A DNA stretch of 58,644 nt, the filler included, from Sphacelaria rigidula (lineage: Eukaryota), in assembly GCA_964200075.2 (NCBI GenBank). It is 7 parts of 7 records of this genome, joined end to end, with 100 filler letters (N's around TTAATTAATTAA, not from the genome) between each part and the next. Parts side by side here need not be neighbours in the genome. Positions count along the whole stretch, not along the records: positions 8,394 to 16,685 come from CAXNAA020011625.1; positions 16,786 to 25,077 come from CAXNAA020011626.1; positions 25,178 to 33,469 come from CAXNAA020011627.1; 4 more parts are not named here. One strand, given 5' to 3'. A model generated the notes under the pieces. That model was not told the DNA's origin and did not search any database. It saw nothing but the letters and a program-made list of their open reading frames with translations. A program made the position numbers and the translations under genes. This document shows positions 12,756-25,335 of this stretch, in pieces (within the stretch, counting starts at the first letter, position 1; each line of letters starts with the position of its first letter).

Positions 12756-13540
12756 AACGACTTGCCTCCGTGTCCAGATTCCGCCACGTTTTCGTCGAAG
12801 TGCGCCTCGCCAGTGGAGTTGAGCGTGGAGTTAGACGTCATATGGATGGCACCTGGACAGCAGAATGGTACAGTCGAACATCGATCACCGTGAGCACGTC
12901 TCAGCGTCTTCTCGAGTGCACAATGTACGGTGGTGCGTCCGCGGCAAAACCAACCGACCGAGCCTTTTTAATGTTATCCCCATCTCAGGCGTCACAAACG
13001 CCTCCAAAACGTGCATCCCCTCTGATAACGACTGTTTTTCTAAACAAAAAGACAGGGTCGATTCTGGTCAGGCGCCACACAACCTCGGAGTCACTCCCAG
13101 GCCTTCCCCGCAGACACCGGACAACCGGGGCATGACTGTAGATGAAAAAAAGCGAAAAGGATCCACTAAAACCACCGTTACGGAGCCATCTCGAAACGAT
13201 ACTACGAGATGTGCGAACCAACCCGCGAGCGCTGCCTGACCCTGGATACTCATTCTGTGCCGTGTTACCGGTAACATGTCGCGGGATCAATCCAGTCAAC
13301 ACCAATTACCTCCATTTGACGCGGTGTTCCCCGTGAAGTAGATTATTCCGGCGAGCATGATGGTGGATGACTCCGTCGAAAATATGGCTCCTGGCATGGT
13401 GGATGAACACGTGCACCCCAACAGGTAAACGTGATGCAATAATTGAGGCCTTACGGAAACCATCAGCGAAAGCCTGGGCAAAAACGAACTGTGAAAACGC
13501 TTAGACAAATCTTGCAGGGTACCTGGCAATTTGTTTTACT

Positions 13541-13756
13541 TTAGTTCAGACGGTTAGCGACTTCTGGACAGTCAGGCATACTGTGACCGTTACCATTGCA
13601 GTTGATGAATGTGTTGGCATCACGCAGGGCAGCATCCTTGCGAGTCGAAGGCGAAAGCAAGGGAGTCCACAAGTTTGGGTCATCTGTGATGAAAGCGATG
13701 GTAGAGACCAAGTGGACGTCGTCCCAAGTCTCTGCAGAGTAAAGCCCAAGCGTCAA
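13541..13756 (-). mobile_element. degenerate retroelement gag fragment with zinc knuckle
   Basis: DDPNLWTPLLSPSTRKDAALRDANTFINCNGNGHSMPDCP fits Cx2Cx4Hx4C with the first Cys replaced by Phe. Flanked by stops in a gene-poor contig. Confidence 0.45.
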
Positions 13757-16700
13757 AGCTTGCGCGAAACGGATCTTCCTTATTACTTACAATCGTAACT
13801 AATCCACATACAGAGTTGGGTGTCCAAGTATTACTGGACGAGTGCTGAATACGTCCACGAGATCCGGAGGTGTTCGCGGGAGGGGGCAAGCAAAGGCTGC
13901 GAAGACCCAGAAGAATACGCTGTGCCACGAAGGGCAGGCGTCAGATTATTTTCTTGATCTACAAACGCAGTCCACATCGCGTCTACAGAGGCGTATGGCA
14001 TCTATTTGTGCGCCAAGGCATCCGGAACCAATGATGGCATCAGCGTAGGGGACTGCTGAGCGATGCTATTCCGTACACATGTCTGACAAATTGCATCACT
14101 AGGCCCGTTTTGCCTGCCATTACCCGATCGGAGTTCTCGAAACCTTCCTCTGATTACCTGCGCGAGTTCAAGCTTTTTGCCACTGGTACTGTCATATCGT
14201 CGACGCCACATTGTCAAGAGGAACGTCGGAATACTTCTCTAGTACCCCATTTGCGGTGCCTTTGGAAAGAGGCAGGTCAGTACAATGATACAGTGTGTTC
14301 ACTTACACACTATATTCACGCAGTAGGTTCTCGTATATGTTGAACCAAAAAGACAAGCTCGTTCTCAGTTTTATTAGCTTTGACGATCTTCGCTTCTAGC
14401 TTCCACCCGGGATCACCAAAAGCAACGTAGCAATTGACGCCGATGGTCTGAGCAGAGAGTGAGGATGTGTGCGAGACACTCAACCCAAGCCAAACCTCTC
14501 CCTACAATAGCAGGCGTCACCAGCTTCCGGGAGCTGGGGATCGTAAATCAAATCTGCATGCTAACCTTTCCCGGGACTGTAGGAGATTCTGTTCATCTAT
14601 TCTCGAGCAGAAATATCCAAGACCAGCATAATTCTCGTGATGTACGAGTCTAAAAGGGAGACGCTGCAAACGCATCTTCACTTCATGACAGGGGTGTACT
14701 CATGATCATACATTCCGTAGTCACAAGATCATTGGCCTCGGGGAGACGGGTCGGGAGGGGGGGGGGGGGGTCAAGTATGACGAAGAGAAAAAAAACCTCT
14801 TGATCCTCTCGTTGCCCATATCTTCCGGACCGACCGCGTGTACGGGCGATTTTCGCTGTGGCATAAATAGGCCTAGAACAAATATTTTGCGTAACGAGCG
14901 CCAACAGCCAAGAACTGGAGATCTCCTCACAGTGCACCTCTTACATGTACGCACTTGCGTAGACTTGAGTGGCGAGTGTCCTCTGAACAGTATATCTGCG
15001 TTCACTCGTCCTACAGTGCGCGCTAGGAACAGTTGTAGCCCATGTGTACGGCAAGATCTCATACGACGGGGCGGCAATTATATCAGACCTCCCGTGACGC
15101 CCTTGTTGTCCGTGAAGCCCACCTCCCCGTCGACAACAAGCGTTGTGGAGTCCTCCAACGAGATCGCACCTGCGGGTAAAAAAAGTGGTATCCGGAAGAT
15201 TTTTCACCAACCGTTGTAGATTAGATACTGCAAGTATCCACTTGTCCACCACCCACAGCACATTACAGGTATGGTACAACTTCATGATGGTAATGAGGCA
15301 GCCGATGGTAGAAATACTTCAACATTCCCCTAATCGTACTTTGCGATCCTTTTAGTGCTCGGAAGAGTCGAACCTGGCTGACCGTTGGGGAGGGGAGACG
15401 CCGTCGAAGCTGGGTGGCCAACTGGTGCGATGGCCATCTATGGCTATTGAGGAGGGGAGGTGCAAGGCTCATACTGTCTGCATTGCTGTGCTTTATGACA
15501 CGGATGCCTGAGGATGCCTAACTGTACCGTATCCCCCAGCTTCTTTCTAGCTGGCGTGTGCTGTATATGCACCAAGTGATAGATTATATAGCTGCGTTTT
15601 CACGGTTAGGCGAAGCGGCGATGGGGTGGAGGTCTCGTCATGAGTCCTTCACATGTTGGTTGTTGACTGTGCCTCACGGCAATAATAATTCACCGTGCTC
15701 ACAGAGCCGGACTATTCCAAGCGAGTGACATCAGCCGCGTGCACACGAATCAGGTCTCTATGGGTACTCATGGTGAATCCCGTGGTCTTTCCTACAACTA
15801 AGGTCGTATGCAGCAGCACCTCGGGCGGGGGAGGGGGAAAGGCAGTGAACGTAGTTGGAGACTGCAGCCAAGAGGTCCTTTAGAATCAGAACACACGGGC
15901 AATTGTACTGCTGTCCTATGCGTACAGCATACCGGTACAGGACCAGGTCAAGTCTAATCGAGACGGAAAATCCGTCTGCACAAAACCATTTTTTCAACAG
16001 ATTTTCGCCCACAGCGACCAGTTGTGGGTCCTGTCGGAAACGCTGTTTTGTCCAAATCTACGCCAGATTTGAAGACGCTTCGAAGCTGCGGCAGTTCTCG
16101 CAGTGTCCCGACCTGTGTGAGCAGCACATGGCCGGAGCGATAGGCACTGTGGCCACAGACACGGTCCTTGCCGTTTTGTGTCCCATACATGCCACACTCT
16201 AAACGTGAAATCGGAAAAAGAAGATACCAGTTGGTGGTGATTCCCGATGACATGGCTATATATTATAGCAGCTAACGACTAAACTCGAACGGGATTTTTG
16301 GTTTTGACAATGTGAAGACGAGAAAAACACGACTGTACTGTATATTGTAGAAGGCCATGATTACTGAAGGCTTGTTCTGCCCCAATGAGACGCGGCTCAA
16401 GCACGTGGTGTTGCGTGTCGACTGGGTGCTGCTGCTCAGGCTATGAGAAATCCGTATTCGGCTTGCAAACAACTGCGGGAACTCTGTGTTTCGCGCCCAT
16501 GAATGACACTTTGATCATGCCCAGACGCCGCCTGGGCTGTTAGAAATCCATATTTGTTTGGAAACTGTGAAAAACCCGTGTGGACCCAGGAACAACTGCA
16601 ACGAATCCACATTTTCCCGCAAAATCGAGGTAGGGTGGTGGGGGGAGAGGAGTTATGGCTTTGGGGAGGGAGGCTATCTGCCCCCNNNNNNNNNNNNNNN

Positions 16701-18071
16701 NNNNNNNNNNNNNNNNNNNNNNNNNNNNNTTAATTAATTAANNNNNNNNNNNNNNNNNNNNNNNNNNNNNNNNNNNNNNNNNNNNCTGTCTTTTTTCGAT
16801 CGAAAGCTTGAAAATCCATCCGGACCCAACTGCATCAAAAGGAGAAATTTTCGCTCAGATCGATTTTTTGGACAAAATGAGGCGGTGGAATGTACTGTCT
16901 GCAGTGCTTCCACGCAAGGTGTGTTGAGTGCGTGTGTGTGTTTTGTCCAGGAAGATAGAAAGGAGAAGCAGGCAACGTGCAGTGGAGACAGCCTAGAACT
17001 GTCATTTCTCTCTGCTTACAATGCGATGTAAAAAGGACTTCAGCAACGTGCAGCTTTGTACTGCCTGCATTGTCCATGAGCGTGCACGCAACTCGGTTGC
17101 CCACGGTACCATGTAGTTCCGTCCCTGATGCCTACCATGAGAGAAGATGTGCAAGTTTTCGCCAACAAAAAATGAACAAACCACACCGGACTACTGCTGT
17201 ATATCTATCCCTGTGCTCAACTCGTGCTCTGTGCTGCCGGGTTGCGGTGGTAGCTGAGAATGAGTTGGATGAAGTTTGCATGGTCTTGCGAGCAGGTGTT
17301 ATTTGGCGTGCTGGTCTGTAAGATAGAAGTCAAGTGCCGCTTCGTGCCTTTCGACTGCATATTTTCGATCGAAGAAATTTGTTTTTTCCATACTTGCATT
17401 CTACTCCGCGCGCCGCTAATTATAATTTTGAGTTGAAGCCTTCGAGGAACATAAATGCGGTGGACCTATCAGATGGGCAAAACAAAATTCGACCGCACTT
17501 TTTCGATCGAAGAAAAAAGTGCTGATGAGACAGGCCCTAAGACAGGCCCTAAGACAGGCCCTTATTGCGAATATCATTTTTTGTCCAGGGTGGATCATTC
17601 AACGGTGGTGGAAAAGAATGAAATCGACCACTCGATTTGGGTAAAGGTTGGGGATTGGACCGTAGCAACACAAATTTCGGAAGAGTAGGTACCCGAGTAT
17701 TTACCCTGCCCGACATACCTCTAGTATGTTCTGTAGATTGTCCTGCGTAGTATACAGTACTACAACAGTACTGTTGTCGTCTGTACGGTGCTGTACTGTA
17801 CTCATGTTGTCCTAGAGAATATGTAGGAGTAGAGTTTGTCCGTACTGTAACCTACCCTTCTGCCAGCACCAACAACAGACGAGCACAGCACAAGTGGCGG
17901 AACACCAGTGCAACTCCAGCATTTTACTTGTCGGCTTGAAAACGCACATCTCTCTCTCGCACCCCAAACACAGCAATACACAGCCACAGCAGACCACGAC
18001 GAAGTTCCGTACAGTACAGTCAAGTTAGTGCCCGATTCGGCAATACAGCAGATATTGCAGCACGCACTCAC

Positions 18072-18187
18072 TCTTGCTTGGTTATGCCAGAGTCGAGGTT
18101 GAGATTGTAGGCCTTGGGCTTCTTTCCCTTCTTTTTCTTTGCGAACAGGGCCGAGAAGTCGGCGTTAGGAGCCCCGGAAGACGCCAT
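18072..18187 (-). CDS. first coding exon of a gene divergent from the kinesin; Lys-rich N-terminus, CDV3-like (tentative)
   Basis: ATG at 18187 reads MASSGAPNADFSALFAKKKKGKKPKAYNLNLDSGITKQ, then a strong donor GA|GTGAGT at 18071. The FAKKKK N-terminus resembles CDV3-family proteins. Downstream exons not identified. Confidence 0.5.
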
Positions 18188-18732
18188 AATCGCACTAGGC
18201 CAGCACCCACGGCCAACTTGCTTGCCCTGTCGCCACTGAGAAGGGAATTACCGTACCCGAGCACCCCACAACTCGTGGACCGCGCGAGTTTTGTTCTTTA
18301 AGTGTCATATATGCCATAAAAAGTAGTACCTGCAGTGGTAAAGCGAGCATATCATTGGCGGTTTTATTGTTTTCTCCAGTACTTTGCTGCATTCTTCTTT
18401 CTTCTCCGGTATATACGAAATATTTAACGACGCATCATTGGACTCTCCATCATGCAGGAAAATCTTCCTTCCGACCCATATTTGATATTTCGATATATCC
18501 AGGCTGCTAACCCGGTTGTTTCTTCATACAGTTGCTTTTGTCATTTTCCATTCGTGTTCGCTTGATCCGACCATTGTTTTTGAAAAAACGGCGGTTGATC
18601 AATTACCACAATAGCTGCCAAACAAGTTTCACTACGCGCTGCCCGCACTGTATTTACGCTGCTACTGAAGCGAGTACGACACGAGACTGAACCACATATA
18701 GCGCTACACGTTGGGAGCCACTGAACGCAACG
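18188..18732. promoter_or_regulatory. putative bidirectional promoter/5'-UTR region
   Basis: 545 bp between two divergent ATGs (18187 minus, 18733 plus); no repeats recognised in it. Confidence 0.4.
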
Positions 18733-21700
18733 ATGTTTGATGCCGCTCCAGTTGGAGGTGGTGGATCTGTTGTCGAAGACGCACAGAGCGTGATCTCATC
18801 TGATGGATCGTCCTCGTCATGCGAGGAAAACCGTATCAAGGTTGTGTGCCGTGTGCGCCCGCCTGTAGCCCGCGAAACGCACGGCAGAGGCACGTCCCTC
18901 GCATCCTCCAATCGCTGCGTCGTGGTGGGAGCAGATCGGCGTACGGTCACTCTCAATAGCAAGCCTCAGGGCAAGAGCTTTACCTTCGACTACGCTGCAG
19001 GCGAGGACTCCACTCAAGAGGAGCTTTTCGCTGAGGTGCGTGATACTACAATCGTCCCTCCCGCCCGGACACTTTCCTGACAGTTTGCCGTTCCGGCCGG
19101 CCGTTTGGGTTGTTCCCCACTGTGGAGACCCATTCACTTGCGGGCATGGTCATGCAGCTAGCTGGAGCAGAGGATCGCTCTGCCAACAGTGACCGTGTTT
19201 GTTTAGGCATATGACATTGCACTGTACAATTGACCAGTCTCCTGTTTGGAGAATCACTTGTGCGGCAGTATGGAACAAGTTGATAGCTGAAGTACCTCAG
19301 TCTTTCCAGCACAGGGAGGATTTCGAAACGGTTTGGTGCGGGGGCGTGAACGGTATTATGATAAAACGGTCGGTTTGGTGAGGAGACATGGGCGTCTCGG
19401 AGTTCAAGGTGTTTGAACCCGCAAGGTGTGCCTGGTTTTCTCTCTGGTGCTTTTATGCTGTGTGCTGGGGTCGAATTTAGGTCCCGTCTTACCTGCCGCG
19501 TTGTCACGAGTGTAGGTTTTTGCTATACCACCCGGAAATCTGTATGGGCCTTCATTGTGAGCTTCCAGTAGATTTATAGATGGCGAGCTACAAGCGCAAA
19601 CATGACCACAGAACCGCAGGCGTCAACGTGCGCCATCTGCAGTATCGATTACGCTCCGTAATCTACGTCTACCCTGCGGTCTACTTCTATTGGCCGGTGC
19701 GCCATCCTCTTTGCACTGTCAGTATTCAGTGCTGTAGTCGTTGGTGGTTATTTTCTACATTAGCAAGGAGCCCCGACAACAGCACCAACTGCAGGCCACT
19801 AGCCTCAGCCCCCCCACCCCAGAGGTTGTCAAGAATGAGGGAAAAGAGGGCACAAATATTCATATTCTTCCTTCTCCTTCAGTACACGCTATCGAATAAC
19901 ACCCAGGGATGGCTTGTCCATGAAAGTAGGACAAAACCTAGGAGTCTGGGTGTAACCGCTGTGTGATGCTGCGACAGCACTTTGAATTGAGTTTGAAATT
20001 GTCAGTCCATCCACCCATGGATCATGACATGTGGATCATGTTACCTCGATGCCCACTTTTTCACTTGACCTTAGTGGGGGATTAAAGAACTTGTGTTCAA
20101 TGTGGGATAAACTGACTTCTGACTTGACTGGAATAAAAGTCCGTATCCAATACTACGTGTGCAGTGTTGTGGCGACTTTTAAACACGAAAAAAGGCTAGC
20201 CGTCAGAATGGAAACTCCAAAGGAGTACGAGCTGGGCCAGGCTAGAGGCTGCATGAAAGTTTGCAGGCGGATGCGCCGGCCAATATTTGGAGTAAGACCC
20301 TGAAATTTGGTATGGATAATACATGGGGCATAATGAAAAATCGGGAAGAAACACCCGAAGTTTTTTCTTTTTCGTGAGTCGAGGGCGTTTGGTTGACACT
20401 TGAAAACTGATTGTTGCCCTTGACTCACGACAAGAAAAAAACTTCGGGTGCTTTTCCCCGATTTTTTTATTATGCTCTGTGCATTGTTCATACCAAATTG
20501 CAGGGTCCAACTCTAAATATTTCCCGGCACATTCTCCTTTTATGAATCGGATCGGTAGAAAGTCGGAACAGTATTTCGCAGGCTCACCGGCCCACGTTTG
20601 GTTTTCGTGTATTGAAATTTTGTGTGGGCACTCTCTAAGGCATAATTAACATAAACAAGTGGGTCAGGTTGTTTTTTTTCATTTTGTTTTACGTGTTTAA
20701 GGCTTTCTACTATGGTAAAGACCATTTTTCACGAGAACGCCCTAACCTCCACTAATTAAAAAGAAAAATAGAAGGCGCTTTTTTTTTCGGCACTCTTTCG
20801 TGGTTTTTCACACCAAAATCCGTCGCCATCCGCTAAATGCATCGATCGGTAGTTTCACAGAGATTTTAGTATTGGCGCTATCTCCCTTAGGTATAGGAAT
20901 TACTAGACATGGGGTTTAATCAACGACAAAACCCAAACTTTTGGGTGGATGGGGACCTTCCCCTTGATTAGACAATTAATACGATATGCGGACCACGGCC
21001 CAACTTGCCTGTGTCGATGAGATATTGCTTTTAGAGCTTGAATCCGTTTTTAGGATGGCCCAGCTCGTACCATACACAGGTGCTGTCAGATTTGTCCTGA
21101 GCCCAACAAGGAGTAAAACTGTGCGCCGTAACTGGAGTTCGTACCCAGCAGAGAGAGCTTGGTTCGGCCAGCAAGGTTCATGTGCGGCGAAACCGCCGCG
21201 CTTATATGTTGCACTTGCTAATAATTTCGACCGCATATTTCGTGCTCAAACACCGTGCACACGGTCGACGATATATATGTCTTGCGACATGCTGCCAATT
21301 AAGATTGTTCAACTTGCGTTGAGTAGCTAAGAAACAAAGCTACCAATGCCATAAAGTGATGTCGTGATTTATCCTCGACGTGAATGAATAACCAGAGGTC
21401 GAATCGAAAGCACCACCACCACATAATGCACTATTTGCTGAGTTTATGTGTACCACTCTGGCCTCGATGAGGACACCTAGGTGATACTACTTTCACGTGG
21501 GAAAACATGTTGCTGTCGTGCAATGGAAAGAATCTGAGATCCCGTCACGGAGCGCAAAATGGGAAATAACTGTCGGGCTTGTGTGAATACCAATATCTGG
21601 TGCTGGTGATTTTGAAGGGGCATCCATCGGCGATCTGTGTGCTGCAGTTGATAGGATTAAGTCAGAGGGCTATGAGGACGAAACCGGCATTTTGAGTTTC

Positions 21701-24251
21701 CCTACACACAGGTACCCGTTTATTTTGGCTAGACGTCTGATCGACTTCGTTGACGCCGCCGTGTCTTATTCTTCATAAGGGGTGTTGACTGAGGTGCCGT
21801 CATCATCGGCACAACACTGAGCCGGCCTACAATTTTGATAAGAGTAAAAAACAGATTGGCTTTTTCTCGAATTTAAACAACCAAGATTGCCGCTGCCGTG
21901 CTTGGAACATTTCTCCGACTTGCACCCCCACGCCCCCCCCGTTGAAAAGTCAACACAACAAGAGCATGTTTCCTGCCCAACGGTTTTCGGTGACGCGACC
22001 GGATAAAGACCTAGCATTCGTGGCCACGCGGAGGGGCGTTGTATGTCCCCCATTAGCCGATCGTTGAGGTCATCCCATTGGATGGGAAGATTGTTGTTCG
22101 CCGAGAGCTCTCACTGGCAAGGAGGGCCAAAAACTTCGCTTGCCCCACGCCGTGGTCGGCACATGACGCCACACCTCCCCGTGTTCATTCCGTGTTTTGG
22201 CTTGCAGGTGGGACAGCCAGTGACGGAAGCATGTCTAGAAGGGTATAACGGGACGATATTCTGCTACGGACAGGTGGGTGTGCACCTGGTTTTCGTGTAG
22301 ATTCTTTATCGTATCCGAGTAGGTTTGCATCAACAGTAGTGCTCGTCTGATTGCCCTTAGGTGTACAGGCACAAACATGTACCTCGTTTCTGCGGTTGAA
22401 GCGGAGAGGGAGCGGGGGGGGGGGGGATGCGACCTGCGAACCTTTACGGGGCCGCTTTTTGGAGGGGATTTCGGTTGCGTCTTATGTCCCCGATTTTTTG
22501 TTTTNNNNNNNNNNGGTCGTCCCGGTATTATGGGCTGGTGGGGCTTGGGGTGGATGTCGTGTGGGTGGACGGGGGGGGGGGGATGCGACCTGCGAACCTT
22601 TACGTGGCAGCTTTTTGACTGGAATTCAGTTTGCTTCTCATGTCCCGTATTTTTTGTTTTCCTCTTGATAGTCGAGTGTTTCTGTTCCGTTTTTTTCAGG
22701 GATGTGTACGGAGGATATCACGTTTTTTTATTTTTGCTCTGAGATCAACGGTAGAACAAGTTTGACGCAAAAAAGGGCAAATACAACAGCTGATGATGAC
22801 GAGAGATCGAACCAGCGTGTTCGCGTTGTAAAATACATCGTCTTCCTCCCTCAAGAGCCAAGAAAAAAAATCCGTGGAAATTTCGCCACGGGTTACGCTG
22901 TAAATCCGTAGCACGAGCCGTAATACGAATCCTTTCGAAGCAGAATGTGCGCGGATCGAGTCCCCGTACCGGTTACTTTTTTGTATACCCTCTTTTACTC
23001 ATTTTTTTTTTTCACCTTCGATGCGTTCGGCCATCCTGTGACCACCGCTTGATCCATCAGGGATCAGTTGATACTATGTGACGATCAATCAACTGATATC
23101 GGACGTCGCAAACGATAATGCAGTACTTAACGGCGACACGCTTGATGAATAAGGAAAATATTTGCAACCTCCCAGCTCCCCCACAGCACATGCATAAAAA
23201 CGCCGGCGACGACGCCCCACCCCGATGCTGATCAACCGCAAGACTCGCAGCGCCACTGTATTCCACGACTAATATATTACCGACATTACTTGTAACGGAG
23301 CGATCCACAATTTCGCGTCATCACACCACCTTGAGCGAATTTCTGTTGAATGTATTTCGTCGACAGACGGGCTCCGGGAAGACGTTCACCACGTTCGGAC
23401 CGGGGGCTGTAATGGAGAACCACGTCAACCCCGGAGATCCGGCGTCGTACGAGCTTCGCGGGTTGGTGCCTCGCGTGCTGGAGTACCTTTACGCCAGTAT
23501 CGGTCGTCAAATCGATAAATCCAACGACAAGGTATGGGACAGCCCGTTCGAGATAGTCCCTCAGTCTAATGAGTCAGGCTACCGTGCAGTAGCGCACTGT
23601 AGTCGGGCTACCGTCGTGGCCCTTCTTTTTCTCCACTGAGCCAGTGTGTTTTGTCTTGCGCGCAACAAGAGTGCCGCTGGAAAAAAGACGCACGGAAGAT
23701 ACCAGCACGAACAATTTGCCACAGATGTGGCTAGGCCGGGATATTACAAGATTTCGTTCGGTCCGTCGTTTGGCCGGCATTTCTAGAAATTTCGCACAAA
23801 AGTCACCTTTTGCGAAATGTTGGAATGTACTGTACGCGTCATCGTCACCATTTCACGGTCCTTGAAGAGCGCTGTTCCGTGCTGGTTAGTTCTTTCTCTG
23901 CAGCATACTTGCTCACCCATGAACAAGCAACATCCCCAGCTTCCAACAGAAGGTCACCATCCCTGTGGCCATACACCACGTCGTGCGTGCTGCTCTCTTC
24001 ACCTGAAACCCTCGGCTCATCCTCGTCTTGGCGCCCTCCGCCGTCCCCGCTTAATGCAATTACTCAACGTGCGTATAATTGTATGTATACCTGTACAGGT
24101 GAGCTACTCTTGCCGATGTTCGTTCTACGAAATCTTCAACGAGAAGGTCTTCGACCTCGTGGACGACAGCAACCGAGACAGCCCTACTGGCCTCACCGTA
24201 CGGGAGGATACTCGCAAGGGGGTATACGTGGAAGGGCTTACGGAAGAGCCG
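18733..24251 (+). CDS. KIF15: kinesin motor protein, kinesin-12/KIF15-like, 5' part (4 exons)
   Basis: Phase-0 exons 18733-19035, 22208-22273, 23367-23531 and 24099-24251. Motifs: IKVVCRVRP, FTFDY, CLEGYNGTIFCYGQ|TGSGKT (P-loop across a splice junction), RGLVPRVLEYLY, SFYEIFNEKVFDL, VREDTRKGVYVEGLTEE. Kinesin identity is secure; the subfamily is inferred from motif style. Truncated by contig end. Confidence 0.93.
20271..20532. repeat. long inverted repeat (~116-bp arms, 29-nt loop) in kinesin intron 1
   Basis: 20271-20386 pairs with 20416-20532 (e.g. AAAAATCGGGAAGAAACACCCGAAGTTTTTTCTT vs AAGAAAAAAACTTCGGGTGCTTTTCCCCGATTTTT). Confidence 0.8.
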
Positions 24252-25231
24252 GTGAGAGGGCAGTAAATTGTCTGAAGTTTTGAAGAAAAAAAATGAGCGC
24301 GGAAAGGGCGGGACCGGGCAAGAAAAATAGTATTGTGGGTGTTCGTGTGAGGTGGGTTCGTCCCAGTTCGCCTCCGAATTATTCATGGCTATCACATTTC
24401 GTAAATAACGCTAACCCTAACCCCATCCCAAGGTATACCGAGAAGCCTCGGGCAAAAGGATTCAAAGGATGCCCTAGACAGTGTGCGTTGACGACCCTCA
24501 ATGCGGTGCCCGCGGCGCCAATTTCGACAAAAACGCGTTCCGCACACGCTGGGAGCACTAGGAACTGTCAACCCCACTGAAGATCCGAATCGTGGTGTTC
24601 ACACTCAAATCAAGCAGTAGCATCCGCGATTAACCTGGAGGTGAACTGGGAGAAATTCCGTTGTTTTTTTCTTGTAATCGTGCGGTAGAGGCCGCGTAAT
24701 TGCCATGGTAAGGGCTGATTTCTGAAAATGTGTCATCTGCCAAAATCAAGTTATTTTTGGTAACATTGTTGCATATTCGTGTTGCGCGTCTATAATAGGC
24801 GAGCCTCCTTCTGTCTGCAAGCACAGAAAACACACCGCTCGTTACCTGTAGACGCACGCGTGACGCTTCTTACTCACCCCGACCCCTCCCCTTACGCTCG
24901 CGGACCACAGGTGAGAGTTGACGTCCAGTGACGTTCCCGTGTGTGCCGAAAAAGTATGAGAGGGTACGCCTTGAAGAACGATCCTCTTCACCCCCCCCCC
25001 CCCCCCCCACCGCGCCGGCAAGGGCGTCTGGTGCCCCCCGGGGGTGGGCTAGGTGGGTCGTCCCGGTCGGTGTCCGCNNNNNNNNNNNNNNNNNNNNNNN
25101 NNNNNNNNNNNNNNNNNNNNNTTAATTAATTAANNNNNNNNNNNNNNNNNNNNNNNNNNNNNNNNNNNNNNNNNNNNGCCTCATATTGGCGACATTAGCT
25201 AGAACGAACCCAAGCGTGGGAATTCCCAGCT

Positions 25232-25335
25232 TCTCGTTGTGCTTGGCTTTTCCCGTTCCGATTTACGTGAAGATTTTCCCTACCGAAACCATGCATTTGT
25301 TTTTGGGGGGGGGGCTATCGCAGACAGTGTCGACG
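25232..25335 (+). repeat. dispersed repeat, second copy at 41962-42062
   Basis: CTCGTTGTGCT.GGCTTTTCCC.TT..GAT.TACGTGAAGATTTT..CT.CC.AAACCATGCA occurs near the starts of two unrelated contigs. Confidence 0.7.

Noticed and set aside
15758-16253. Integrase-like peptide AVGENLLKKWFCADGFSVSIRLD
   Set aside because: Too short and degenerate to support a call.
17528-17562. (AGACAGGCCCTA)3 and the 8890-9210 motif array as CRISPR candidates
   Set aside because: No unique spacers of regular length, no cas genes, and a eukaryotic context.
22415-22650. Direct repeat GGGGGATGCGACCTGCGAACCTTTACG on both sides of a 10-N gap
   Set aside because: Probably an overlap or sequencing artefact after G-runs at a scaffold gap; 35610-35770 is similarly low quality.
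24411-24424. Telomere (CTAACCCTAACCCC)
   Set aside because: Only about two units, internal, and part of a dispersed repeat.
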